The position numbers were made by a program, and so were the translations under genes. The notes under the pieces were generated by a model. It did no database searches and had not been told where the DNA came from. It saw nothing but the letters and a program-made list of their open reading frames with translations. A stretch of 64,000 nt of DNA, taken from positions 127,088 to 191,087 of the forward strand of contig JAGCUR010000018.1 of the NCBI GenBank assembly GCA_017962745.1, written 5' to 3'. Positions 10,395 through 19,700 of the stretch are shown here, piece by piece. Source of the DNA: Bacilli bacterium (lineage in GTDB: Bacteria > Bacillota_I > Bacilli_A > ML615J-28 > CAG-698). The stretch's first letter is position 1. The number at the start of each line of letters is the position of its first letter.

Positions 10395-11090
10395 ATGAAG
10401 TTTTATGGAATGGAAAAATTATCACTTGTTGATTTTGATGGCAAAATCACTTGCGTTTTGTTTTGCGGAGGGTGTAATTTCGCCTGCCCATTTTGCCATA
10501 ACTCTTCACTTGCTCTAAACCCATCTCTAAATCAAGAATTAGATTTTAGTGAAGTGATGGATTACTTAACTTTAAGGCGCAAAATGGTTGATGCGGTATG
10601 TATCACAGGTGGGGAACCTACTTTATATAAAGATTTAAAAGATTATTTTAAAATCTTTAAGGACATGGGCTTTATCACTAAACTTGATACTAATGGCACT
10701 AATCCAGATATGATAAGAGAGTTAGTAGAAGCTGGCTTAATTGATTATGTTGCCATGGACGTTAAGAATTCTTATACAAATTATTTTAAAACAATAGGAA
10801 AAGATGATCCTAAACTATTAGCTAAAGTAAAAGAAAGCATCGCTTATTTAATTGAAGGACATGTTGATTACGAATTTAGAACAACGATTGTAGAAGAATT
10901 ACATAAAGAAGAAGATTTCATCGAGTTAGCTAAAATGCTAAAAGGTGCTAAAAGGTATTTTCTTCAAAAATTCAAAAATTCTGAATACTGCATAGCTTCA
11001 GGTCTTCACGAGATAAAGATTGAAGATGCTAATAAATATTTAGAGATATTAAGAAAAGACTTAAATGATGTAAACTTGAGAGGTTATTAA
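10395..11090 (+). CDS. nrdG: Anaerobic ribonucleotide reductase activating protein (radical SAM, NrdG-like)
   Basis: 231 aa. Carries the CGGCNFACPFCHN cluster motif and the GGEPT glycine-rich SAM motif typical of small glycyl-radical activases. Confidence 0.75.
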   Translation: MKFYGMEKLSLVDFDGKITCVLFCGGCNFACPFCHNSSLALNPSLNQELDFSEVMDYLTLRRKMVDAVCITGGEPTLYKDLKDYFKIFKDMGFITKLDTNGTNPDMIRELVEAGLIDYVAMDVKNSYTNYFKTIGKDDPKLLAKVKESIAYLIEGHVDYEFRTTIVEELHKEEDFIELAKMLKGAKRYFLQKFKNSEYCIASGLHEIKIEDANKYLEILRKDLNDVNLRGY

Positions 11091-11091
11091 T

Positions 11092-12111
11092 ATGCATAAA
11101 TTTAGAAATGATTATTGCGAAATAGCACATGATGTAGTGCTAAAAGCATTAATTGATAATAAAGATTACCAGTTTAGCGGTTACGGGCTAGATGAGCATA
11201 GCCAAAACGCTGCTAAGCTTATTAAAGATTTATTTAAAGCACCAAGTGCAGATGTCCATTTTTTAGTTGGTGGAACACAAACTAATTTAACTTTTATATC
11301 TTATGTTTTAAAAGATTATGAAGCAGTGATTGCAGTAAAATCAGGTCACATCAATGTTCATGAAACCGGAGCAATTGAAGCTACTGGCCATAAAGTTTAT
11401 ACAGTGGATGGTGTAGATGGAAAGTTAACAGCTAGTGAATTAGAAAAAGCGGTTAAATACCACTGTGACGAACATATGGTAAAACCAAAATTAGCATACA
11501 TTTCTAATTCCACAGAAATTGGCACTATTTATCAAAAAGAAGAACTAACTAGTTTATATAATAAATGCCATGAGTTAGGTTTATACTTATTTATAGATGG
11601 GGCAAGGTTAGCATGTGCTCTTACAAGTGATGCCAATAATTTAGCACTAGATGATATTGCAAAAAACTGTGATGCTTTTTATTTAGGTGGAACAAAAAAT
11701 GGCCTTATGTTTGGCGAAGCTTTAGTAATTGTAAATAAAGAATTACAAGCTGATTTTAGATATCAAATAAAAAGTAAAGGCGCAATGCTAGCAAAAGGGT
11801 TTATTAGTGGTATTCAGTTTGAAGCAATTTTAAAAGATAATTTATATTTTAAGATTGCGAAAAGCGCTAATGATATGGCTAAGATATTATATGAAAGACT
11901 AGTTAGCCTAAACTTTGATGTTGATCCCGTTTATACTAATCAATTATTTGTAACTATCAAAAAGGATTTAGCATATAAACTAATTGAAGCTTTTGGCTGC
12001 GAACTATGGAAAGATTTAGGTGATAAATTAGTAATTAGATTTGTGACATCTTTTAATACAAAAGCAGAAGATATTGAAGAAGTATATAATTATTTAATAA
12101 ATATTAAATAA
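11092..12111 (+). CDS. ltaE: Low-specificity L-threonine aldolase (beta-eliminating lyase fold)
   Basis: Carries the FRNDY N-terminal motif and a PLP-lysine context (GGTKNG). About 340 aa. Confidence 0.7.
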   Translation: MHKFRNDYCEIAHDVVLKALIDNKDYQFSGYGLDEHSQNAAKLIKDLFKAPSADVHFLVGGTQTNLTFISYVLKDYEAVIAVKSGHINVHETGAIEATGHKVYTVDGVDGKLTASELEKAVKYHCDEHMVKPKLAYISNSTEIGTIYQKEELTSLYNKCHELGLYLFIDGARLACALTSDANNLALDDIAKNCDAFYLGGTKNGLMFGEALVIVNKELQADFRYQIKSKGAMLAKGFISGIQFEAILKDNLYFKIAKSANDMAKILYERLVSLNFDVDPVYTNQLFVTIKKDLAYKLIEAFGCELWKDLGDKLVIRFVTSFNTKAEDIEEVYNYLINIK

Positions 12112-12216
12112 TATAAGCAAAAAATATAAATCAATAAGAAATTAATTGTGTAAAGGTTAATTATATATATGATTGATCTTTATATGATTAATTTTTTTTA
12201 TGGGAAGGAGATAGTA

Positions 12217-13092
12217 ATGAAAGAAAATAATTATGAAGTTGTAAAGTTTAAAGATGAAGAAATTGAATTAGATGTTAATGTGAGCGCAAAAGAAGATACA
12301 GTGTGGTTAACAGTTGAGCAAATAGCTCAATTATTCGAAAGGGATAGAAGTGTAATCTCTAGACATATAAATAACATTTATACAGAAGGAGAACTTGATA
12401 AAAGGACTTCTGTGCATTTTTTGCACATAACTAATTTGAATCCTAAGAATAGGCCGCCTGAATTATATAATCTGGATGTTATTATATCAGTTGGATATAG
12501 AGTAAAATCAAAACGAGGTATTCTATTTAGAAAATGGGCAACAAATGTCTTAAAAGAATACTTATTAAAAGGCTATTCTATCAATGAAAATAGAGTAGTA
12601 GTATCTAATGAAAACTATATCGAGTTAAGAAATGAAGTAGTAAGTATAAATGATAGATTGTTAAAGATAGAAGATAAAGTGTTTGATAAAGAATATGGAT
12701 TAGATAAACTATTTTTTAATGGACAATTTTATGATGCATATACATTAATTCAAAATATCTTTGAAAAAGCTAAAGAAGAAATAATAATTATAGATAATTA
12801 TATAGATAGATCTATTTTAGATAGATTAGTAGTTAAAAAAAATGATGTTAGAGTAATTATATATAAAAATATAAATACATCTAAAATAAATGATATAGAT
12901 ATAAATACATTTAATAAACAATATAATAATTTAAAAATTATTAATACATTAAAAGTACATGATAGATATATAATTATAGACAAAATAAAATTATATCATT
13001 TAGGAGCATCAATTAAAGATTTGGGGAAGAAGATATTTTCAATAAGTGAATTAGATAAAAACTGGATAAATATGTTATTAAATAACCTATAA
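12217..13092 (+). CDS. RhuM-family (virulence RhuM/KilA-N-like) protein with an AT-rich C-terminal domain shared with the ORF6N protein at 51192
   Basis: Carries the LYNLDVIISVGYRVKS..ILFRKWATNVLKEYLLKGYSINENR RhuM core. The C-terminal 130 aa, IIIIDNYID...HDRYIIIDKIKLYHLGASIKDLG, are homologous to the tail of the 51192 gene. Start moved to the ATG with an AAGGAG RBS. Confidence 0.65.
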   Translation: MKENNYEVVKFKDEEIELDVNVSAKEDTVWLTVEQIAQLFERDRSVISRHINNIYTEGELDKRTSVHFLHITNLNPKNRPPELYNLDVIISVGYRVKSKRGILFRKWATNVLKEYLLKGYSINENRVVVSNENYIELRNEVVSINDRLLKIEDKVFDKEYGLDKLFFNGQFYDAYTLIQNIFEKAKEEIIIIDNYIDRSILDRLVVKKNDVRVIIYKNINTSKINDIDINTFNKQYNNLKIINTLKVHDRYIIIDKIKLYHLGASIKDLGKKIFSISELDKNWINMLLNNL

Positions 13093-13189
13093 AACTAATA
13101 GAAGATGATAAGAAAAACTTATGAAAAAATGAAAAAAATTTTATGAAAATGAATGAAAAAAATAGTCGTTAATAAAAGTAGCATTTTCC

Positions 13190-13218
13190 TTGATTTTAGG
13201 TTTTTAAATAGGTATAAT
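13190..13218 (+). promoter_or_regulatory. Sigma-70-type promoter of nrdD
   Basis: TTGATT-17-TATAAT, 25 bp upstream of the ATG chosen for nrdD. Preceded by phased A-tracts. Confidence 0.5.
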
Positions 13219-13242
13219 GCTAATTACAGGAGTGTGCGTGTT

Positions 13243-15603
13243 ATGTTAAATGTTAAGAAAAGAGATGGCAATATTGTACCATTCGATCTTAAGAAAATCG
13301 AAGGAGCAATCGAAAAAGCCTTTAAAGGATTAAACAAAAATTATTCTCAAGATATCATTGAGTTACTTGCTTTAAAAGTTACTGCTGATTTTAATAGCAA
13401 GGTAAAAGATGGCGTTATTGATGTGGAAGACATCCAAGATAGCGTAGAAGTAGTATTAATTCAATCGAGTTATGTTGATGTTGCTAAAGCATATATTTTA
13501 TATCGTAAGCAACATGAAAATATTCGTAATGTGAAGAATACTATTATTGACTATAAAGATACAGTTGATAACTATTTAAAGATTAATGACTGGCGTGTTA
13601 AAGAAAACTCGACTGTTACATATTCTGTTGGTGGCTTAATCTTATCAAATTCAGGTGCAGTTACAGCTAACTACTGGCTATCTGAAGTATATGATACAGA
13701 AATTGAACAAGCTCATCGTAATGCCGATATTCATATCCATGACTTATCTATGCTTACAGGATATTGTGCTGGATGGAGTTTAAAACAATTAATTCAAGAA
13801 GGCCTTGGCGGCGTTCCTGGAAAGATTACATCAACACCTGCTTCACACTTATCAACTTTATGTAACCAAATGACTAACTTTTTAGGTATTATGCAAAATG
13901 AATGGGCTGGCGCTCAAGCATTCTCATCATTTGATACATACCTAGCTCCATTTGTTAAGGTTGATAACTTATCATATAAAGAAGTAAAACAATGCATCCA
14001 ATCATTCGTATATGGTGTTAACACACCTTCACGTTGGGGAACTCAAGCTCCATTTACAAATATTACGCTTGACTGGGTAGTTCCAAATGACTTAGCAGAA
14101 CTTAATGCAATCGTTGGTGGAGTTGAACAAAACTTCAAGTACAAAGATTGCGTTAAAGAAATGGCTATGGTTAACAAAGCATTTATCGAAATCATGATTG
14201 AAGGTGATGCTAACGGAAGAGGTTTCCAATACCCTATCCCTACATATTCAATCACTCGTGATTTTGATTGGAGTGAAACTGAAAACAATAAGTTATTATT
14301 CGAAATGACAGCTAAATATGGTACTCCATATTTCTCTAACTACATCAATTCTGATATGGAACCAAGTGATGTTAGAAGTATGTGCTGCAGGTTACGACTT
14401 GACTTAAGAGAATTAAGAAAGAAATCAGGTGGTTTCTTTGGTAGTGGTGAATCAACTGGTTCAGTTGGTGTAGTTACTATCAATATGCCAAGACTTGCAT
14501 ACCTTGCTGAAAACGAAGCTGATTTCTTCAATCGTCTAGAAAAGATGATGGATTTATCAGCTAGATCTCTAAAGATTAAAAGAAATGTTATTACTAAACT
14601 TTTAGATGCCGGACTTTATCCATACACTAAAAAGTATTTAGGAACATTCAATAACCATTTCTCTACAATCGGATTAGTTGGTATGAATGAAGCTTGCTTA
14701 AATGCTAAGTGGATTGGTAAAGATTTAACTCATAAAGAAAGTATTGAATTCACTAAGAAAACTCTAAACTTTATGAGAGAAAAATTATCTGATTACCAAG
14801 AATTATATGGTGATTTATATAACTTAGAAGCAACTCCAGCTGAATCAACGGCTTATAGACTTGCAAAACATGATAAGAAGCGTTATCCAAATATCATCAC
14901 TGCTAGCGAAGGTAATAATACTCCTTATTACACTAACTCAAGTCATTTACCAGTTGGTTATACTGAAGATATCTTCAAAGCATTAGATATCCAAGATGAA
15001 CTTCAGACATTATATACATCAGGAACTGTTTTCCATGCCTTCCTTGGTCAAAAATTACCATCTTGGCAAGCTTGTGCTAAGCTAGTTAGAACAATCGCCG
15101 AAAACTACAAACTTCCATACTATACAATGTCACCTACATATTCTGTTTGTGCAAAACATGGATATATCGAAGGTGAAGAATATGTATGTCCTATTTGTGG
15201 GGAAAGAACTGAAGTATATTCAAGAATTACTGGTTACTATCGTCCTGTTCAAAACTGGAATGAAGGTAAGACTGAAGAATTCAAGAATCGTAAGACTTAT
15301 GATATCGATAATTCACATCTTTCTAAGAAAGAAGAAAAATGCGAATGCGAATGTAAGGCTGCTCCAGCTGTAAAAGAAATGATGCTTTTCACTACAAAGA
15401 CATGTCCAAATTGTAAGATGGCTAAGATGTTACTAGAAAAAGCTGGTATCAAATACAAGATGATTGACGCTGAAGATGAAAAAGATGTAACACTTCAATA
15501 TGGTGTTAGAAAAGCCCCTACATTACTAGTACCTAATGGCGATTCATTCGATCGTTATGAAAATGCTAGTGAAATTAAAGGATTTATCGAAAGACAAAAA
15601 TAA
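13243..15603 (+). CDS. nrdD: Anaerobic (class III) ribonucleoside-triphosphate reductase with a C-terminal glutaredoxin/NrdH-like domain
   Basis: ATP-cone N-terminus (VKKRDGNIVPFDLKKIEGAIEKAF) and NrdD core. C-terminal zinc ribbon CPICGERTE plus glycyl-radical loop SRITGYYRP. A further 75 aa thioredoxin-fold segment with TCPNCKMAK is in frame. Start moved to the internal ATG with an AGGAG RBS. Confidence 0.85.
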   Translation: MLNVKKRDGNIVPFDLKKIEGAIEKAFKGLNKNYSQDIIELLALKVTADFNSKVKDGVIDVEDIQDSVEVVLIQSSYVDVAKAYILYRKQHENIRNVKNTIIDYKDTVDNYLKINDWRVKENSTVTYSVGGLILSNSGAVTANYWLSEVYDTEIEQAHRNADIHIHDLSMLTGYCAGWSLKQLIQEGLGGVPGKITSTPASHLSTLCNQMTNFLGIMQNEWAGAQAFSSFDTYLAPFVKVDNLSYKEVKQCIQSFVYGVNTPSRWGTQAPFTNITLDWVVPNDLAELNAIVGGVEQNFKYKDCVKEMAMVNKAFIEIMIEGDANGRGFQYPIPTYSITRDFDWSETENNKLLFEMTAKYGTPYFSNYINSDMEPSDVRSMCCRLRLDLRELRKKSGGFFGSGESTGSVGVVTINMPRLAYLAENEADFFNRLEKMMDLSARSLKIKRNVITKLLDAGLYPYTKKYLGTFNNHFSTIGLVGMNEACLNAKWIGKDLTHKESIEFTKKTLNFMREKLSDYQELYGDLYNLEATPAESTAYRLAKHDKKRYPNIITASEGNNTPYYTNSSHLPVGYTEDIFKALDIQDELQTLYTSGTVFHAFLGQKLPSWQACAKLVRTIAENYKLPYYTMSPTYSVCAKHGYIEGEEYVCPICGERTEVYSRITGYYRPVQNWNEGKTEEFKNRKTYDIDNSHLSKKEEKCECECKAAPAVKEMMLFTTKTCPNCKMAKMLLEKAGIKYKMIDAEDEKDVTLQYGVRKAPTLLVPNGDSFDRYENASEIKGFIERQK

Positions 15604-15606
15604 ATT

Positions 15607-16512
15607 ATGATAGATATTATTGTAATTGGTGGAGGCGCAGCTGGGATGACCGCTGCCCTTTATGCTTTAAGAAGTGGAAAAAGTGTTTTAGTTTTAGAAA
15701 AGGAAAACTTTGGAGGTCAAATTGCTAATTCACCTCGAGTTGAAAACTTTCCTTCAATAAAAGAAATCAGTGGTGTTGATTTATCTAGTAACATGTTCGA
15801 TCAAATTTGTAGTTTAGGGGCTGAATTTGAGTTAGAAGATGTAGTAAGCGTTGAAAAAGTAGATGATCATTTCGTAGTAACAACTGACTATAATGAGTAT
15901 CAATCATCTGCAGTAATCATTGCAAGTGGTGTACACCACCGCAAGATTGGTGTAGAGGGTGAAGATGAGTTGGTTGGTAAAGGTGTATCATATTGTGCCG
16001 TATGCGATGGTGCTTTTTATAAAGACCAAGATGTAGTTTTAATTGGTGATGCTAATACAGCACTTCAATATGCATTGTTACTATCAAATTATTGTAAATC
16101 AGTACACATTTGCACATTATTTGATCATTTCTTCGGAGAAGATATTTTAGTTAAACGTATTAAAGATAGAGTTAATATTAAAGTTACTCATAATTTGTCT
16201 CTACAAAAGTTTAATTATGGTGATAGCCTAGAATCTTTAGATTTTATGGATACGCAAACTAAAGAAATGATTAACATACCTTGCGCTGCTTGCTTTATTG
16301 CTATTGGCCAAGTACCAAATAATGAGCGTTTTGCTAACTTAGTTGAGTTAGATCACGGCTATATCGTAACTGATGATGCTTGTAAAACAGCTACAGCTGG
16401 CGTATTTGCGGCTGGAGACTGTAGAAGCAAGAAGATTAGACAACTTACTACCGCTGTAGCTGATGGCGCTATTGCGGCTGTAGAAGCGGTTAATTATATC
16501 GACCGCAAATAA
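15607..16512 (+). CDS. Thioredoxin-reductase-like flavoprotein lacking the canonical NADPH-binding signature (FFTR-like)
   Basis: Has the GGGAAG FAD motif and a CAVCDG redox-active disulfide. The second GGGNSA motif is degenerate (GDANTA) and the HRRxxxR arginines are replaced (CTLFDHFFGE). Confidence 0.7.
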   Translation: MIDIIVIGGGAAGMTAALYALRSGKSVLVLEKENFGGQIANSPRVENFPSIKEISGVDLSSNMFDQICSLGAEFELEDVVSVEKVDDHFVVTTDYNEYQSSAVIIASGVHHRKIGVEGEDELVGKGVSYCAVCDGAFYKDQDVVLIGDANTALQYALLLSNYCKSVHICTLFDHFFGEDILVKRIKDRVNIKVTHNLSLQKFNYGDSLESLDFMDTQTKEMINIPCAACFIAIGQVPNNERFANLVELDHGYIVTDDACKTATAGVFAAGDCRSKKIRQLTTAVADGAIAAVEAVNYIDRK

Positions 16513-16517
16513 TTATT

Positions 16518-16545
16518 AACCCCACAACTAGTGGGGTTTTTTCTT
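16518..16545 (+). terminator. Rho-independent terminator after the nrdD-trxR-like pair
   Basis: aacccca-caacta-gtggggtt hairpin followed by a TTTTT run. Confidence 0.65.
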
Positions 16546-16550
16546 TTGGA

Positions 16551-16579
16551 TTGTCAATATTTTATAAAAATAGTATAAT
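16551..16579 (+). promoter_or_regulatory. Sigma-70-type promoter of ftcD
   Basis: TTGTCA-17-TATAAT, about 18 bp upstream of the ftcD RBS. Confidence 0.5.
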
Positions 16580-16596
16580 GATATGAAGGTGTAAAA

Positions 16597-17505
16597 ATGA
16601 ATGGCTTAATTGAATGCATTCCAAATGTATCAGAGGGTAGAAATTTAGATATTGTTAACCATTTAGCTGAGGTTATAAAAATGGCTAAAGGCGTAATGCT
16701 ACTTGATTATAGTAGCGATGCGGATCATAACCGTAGCGTTTATACAATCGTTGGTGGCATCAAGGAAATGGAAGCTGCTATGTTTACCTTCATCAAGGAA
16801 GCGAGCTTGCTAATTGATTTAAACCATCACCAAGGCGTACACCCAAGAATGGGGGCAGTTGATGTTTGTCCATTTGTAAGCCTTGATGAAAAGTTAGCTG
16901 ATGAAGCCATCCAAATGAGCCGTAATTTAGCTAAAAGGGTAGCAAAAGATTTAAATATACCTACATATTTATACGAACTATCTTGTGTTAATCCATGCCA
17001 TAAGAATTTAGCTGATTTAAGAAGAGGCCAGTTTGAAGGCCTAGCTAAAAAACAACTAGATCCTAAATGGGCTCCTGACTATGGGATAGGTTTCCATAAG
17101 ACTGCTGGTGTAGTAGCAATAGGGGTAAGAAAGCCTTTAATTGCTTATAACATAATCCTTGATAGTAGCGATTTAGATGCTGCTAAAAGGATCGCATGCC
17201 AGATTCGTGAAAAGAATGGTGGCCTAAAGTCGGTTAAAGCGCTAGGTTTGTATTTGGAAACGACATCTAAAGTCCAAGTATCGATGAATTTATGTAATTA
17301 CTTAGATACGGGAATTATGGAAGTATTTAATGCAGTTAAAAAGTTAGCAGATAAAGAAGGTATAAACATTTTATATAGCGAACTAATCGGCTTAATGCCA
17401 AAAGATGCTACAAAAGACATTGATTTTGTAAAAATTAAGCTTAAAGATTTTGATTTAGATAAACAAGTAATTGAAAACCGAATCAAATCTTTGAAAGAAG
17501 GATAA
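16597..17505 (+). CDS. ftcD: Glutamate/glycine formimidoyltransferase (FtcD N-terminal formiminotransferase domain)
   Basis: MNGLIECIPNVSEGRN N-terminus and 300-aa two-subdomain formiminotransferase architecture. Confidence 0.8.
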   Translation: MNGLIECIPNVSEGRNLDIVNHLAEVIKMAKGVMLLDYSSDADHNRSVYTIVGGIKEMEAAMFTFIKEASLLIDLNHHQGVHPRMGAVDVCPFVSLDEKLADEAIQMSRNLAKRVAKDLNIPTYLYELSCVNPCHKNLADLRRGQFEGLAKKQLDPKWAPDYGIGFHKTAGVVAIGVRKPLIAYNIILDSSDLDAAKRIACQIREKNGGLKSVKALGLYLETTSKVQVSMNLCNYLDTGIMEVFNAVKKLADKEGINILYSELIGLMPKDATKDIDFVKIKLKDFDLDKQVIENRIKSLKEG

Positions 17506-17506
17506 T

Positions 17507-18379
17507 ATGAGTTTTGATAGAAATGGAGAATGTTGGTGCGGTTCTGGTAAGAAATATAAAAAATGCCATATGGCATTTGATGACAAACTAGAACTATTCA
17601 AAAAAAGAGGATATAAACTCCCAACAAAAGCGATGATTAAAACACCAGCCCAAATTGAAGGTATAAAAAAAGCAGCCGTTGTTAATAACGGGCTCCTTGA
17701 TTATATTGAGGAAAGAATTAAAGCTGGTGCAAGCACGGAAGATATCGATAAATGGGCAGTAGAATTTTTAGCTGCAAATAATGCGCATTCTGCTGACTTA
17801 AATTACCAAGGATATCCAAAAAGCATTTGTACATCAGTTAATGATGTCGTATGCCACGGAATCCCTTCGGAAAAAGTAATTTTAAAAGAAGGCGATATCG
17901 TAAATGTGGATGCTACAACTGAAGTTGATGGCTTTTATGCGGATGCATCGAGGATGTATATAATTGGCAATGCAAGTGATGATGCTAAAAGGTTAGTAGA
18001 AGAAACAAAAAAATGTTTAGAAATTGGTATTGCCCAAGTTAAGCCTTGGGAAAGCGTCATCGGTGATATCGGTAAAGCGATTGAAGCATATGCGCATAAA
18101 TGCGGATATAGCGTTGTAGAAGAGTTTTGTGGACATGGGGTTGGCTTAAAGATGCATGAAAACCCATATGTTTACCACTTTAATCCCAACGAAAAAACGG
18201 AGTTAATCGTTCCGGGAATGGTATTTACCATTGAACCAATGATTAACCAAGGTAGAAAAGATATATTCATTGATGCTAAGAATGGTTGGGAAGTTAAAAC
18301 TAAAGACCATAAATTATCAGCTCAATGGGAACATACATTGCTAGTAACTGAGACTGGCTGCGAAATTCTTTCTAAATAA
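17507..18379 (+). CDS. map: Type I methionine aminopeptidase with N-terminal SEC-C zinc finger
   Basis: CWCGSGKKYKKCH SEC-C motif followed by the MetAP pita-bread motifs (D..D..H..E..E). Confidence 0.9.
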   Translation: MSFDRNGECWCGSGKKYKKCHMAFDDKLELFKKRGYKLPTKAMIKTPAQIEGIKKAAVVNNGLLDYIEERIKAGASTEDIDKWAVEFLAANNAHSADLNYQGYPKSICTSVNDVVCHGIPSEKVILKEGDIVNVDATTEVDGFYADASRMYIIGNASDDAKRLVEETKKCLEIGIAQVKPWESVIGDIGKAIEAYAHKCGYSVVEEFCGHGVGLKMHENPYVYHFNPNEKTELIVPGMVFTIEPMINQGRKDIFIDAKNGWEVKTKDHKLSAQWEHTLLVTETGCEILSK

Positions 18380-18404
18380 TTAGTATAAGAAAGGAGGGAA
18401 AACA

Positions 18405-19700
18405 ATGTTTGACTACAACATGAAGTTGACAGATGAACAATTAGAAATTCTAAATGGTGCCCAAGGTGCCACAATGGCTAAAGTTATGCAAACTTTAGTT
18501 ATGTTTGGCGAATTTCAAGGAGCAACTGAACTAGTGCCAATTACGCATTTAAATGGTCATCTATCGACTAGTTTTGGTATTGGTACGCTAAAACCTCTAT
18601 TTGAAGTTATGGAAAAACTAACTGATGATGAGATTAAAACTGTAGCCCCATTTACCGTTAACCCTCGTCCACTTGATTATACTAATGTGAAATGTAATTT
18701 CTTTGAACGAATTGTCTTTGATAAATACTTATACAATAAACAATCATTATACGAATCACAACTACTAAAACTAGGCTTAAAAGATAAAAATGCTTTTACT
18801 TGCACTAATTTCTTAGATGAAGTAGGCAACAGGCCTAAATATGGTGATATTTTATCTTGGGCAGAATCAAGTAGTGTCATCTATGCAAACTCGGTAATTG
18901 GTGCTAGATCAAATAGAAATAGTACGATGATTGAACTATTTGGTAATATTTTAGGATTAGTACCAAATTATGGATTATTACTTGATGAAGAAAGATTAGC
19001 AAGTACAAAAATAGTATTTAGACTTTCTCGATTATTTGATGCGCAAGCAATTGGCTTAGTAGTAGCAAAAGTAGCTAAAGATGAAATTGTTTATATTTCG
19101 GGACTTGATAAACATTTAGGAAAAGAATTAAGCGAAAAAGTTAAATCATATTTAAAAGACTTTGGGGCTAGCTTATCAGCAGTTAGCGATACGGGTTTAT
19201 ACCATATCGATAACATTACTCCTGAAGCTAAGAAGTTTGGTAACAAATTACTTAAAAAAGATTATAAGACAGTTGTTATCGATGATGAAGCTGTCCAAAA
19301 AGCGATTAAAGAAATTCCTGTTTTATGGAAAGATGAAAATGCGACTCCTAATCTATGCTTTATCGGTTGTCCACATTTATCACTTTTTCAACTAAATGAA
19401 TGGACTAAAAGGATAATTGACGGCTTAAAAGCTACTGAACATAAAAAAGTAGTAGTAAAGACAGTCTTGCTAGCAAGCCCTGATGTAATTACTAAATTTG
19501 AAGATACAGTTAATTATGATTTATTAATTAATGCCGGGGTAAAACTATCTAGTATTTGTCCGATTATGTTTACTAATAATCCAAAGACTAAGAAGAGATT
19601 AATAATTACCAATAGTAATAAATGTAGATACTTTTCTTCAAGCCGTTATTATACAAACGAAGATATTATTAATATCATCGTGGGGAAGGTGCAATCATGA
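18405..19700 (+). CDS. Aconitase X catalytic subunit (DUF521/AcnX large subunit)
   Basis: 431 aa with the DUF521 family signature (N-terminal helical region, central Cys/Ser-rich segment). Overlaps the start of the next gene. Confidence 0.65.
   Translation: MFDYNMKLTDEQLEILNGAQGATMAKVMQTLVMFGEFQGATELVPITHLNGHLSTSFGIGTLKPLFEVMEKLTDDEIKTVAPFTVNPRPLDYTNVKCNFFERIVFDKYLYNKQSLYESQLLKLGLKDKNAFTCTNFLDEVGNRPKYGDILSWAESSSVIYANSVIGARSNRNSTMIELFGNILGLVPNYGLLLDEERLASTKIVFRLSRLFDAQAIGLVVAKVAKDEIVYISGLDKHLGKELSEKVKSYLKDFGASLSAVSDTGLYHIDNITPEAKKFGNKLLKKDYKTVVIDDEAVQKAIKEIPVLWKDENATPNLCFIGCPHLSLFQLNEWTKRIIDGLKATEHKKVVVKTVLLASPDVITKFEDTVNYDLLINAGVKLSSICPIMFTNNPKTKKRLIITNSNKCRYFSSSRYYTNEDIINIIVGKVQS

Noticed and set aside
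13093-13242. Possible NrdR box upstream of nrdD
   Set aside because: No acaCwAtATaTwGtgt-like palindrome is present. Only A-tracts and a plain sigma-70 promoter are seen.
15149-15373. 74-aa ORF in an alternative frame inside nrdD
   Set aside because: It is embedded in the conserved NrdD C-terminal coding region, and the main frame is clearly the coding one.
19162-19395. 77-aa plus-strand ORF in another frame within the AcnX large-subunit gene
   Set aside because: It is internal to a conserved gene in a different frame, with no RBS.
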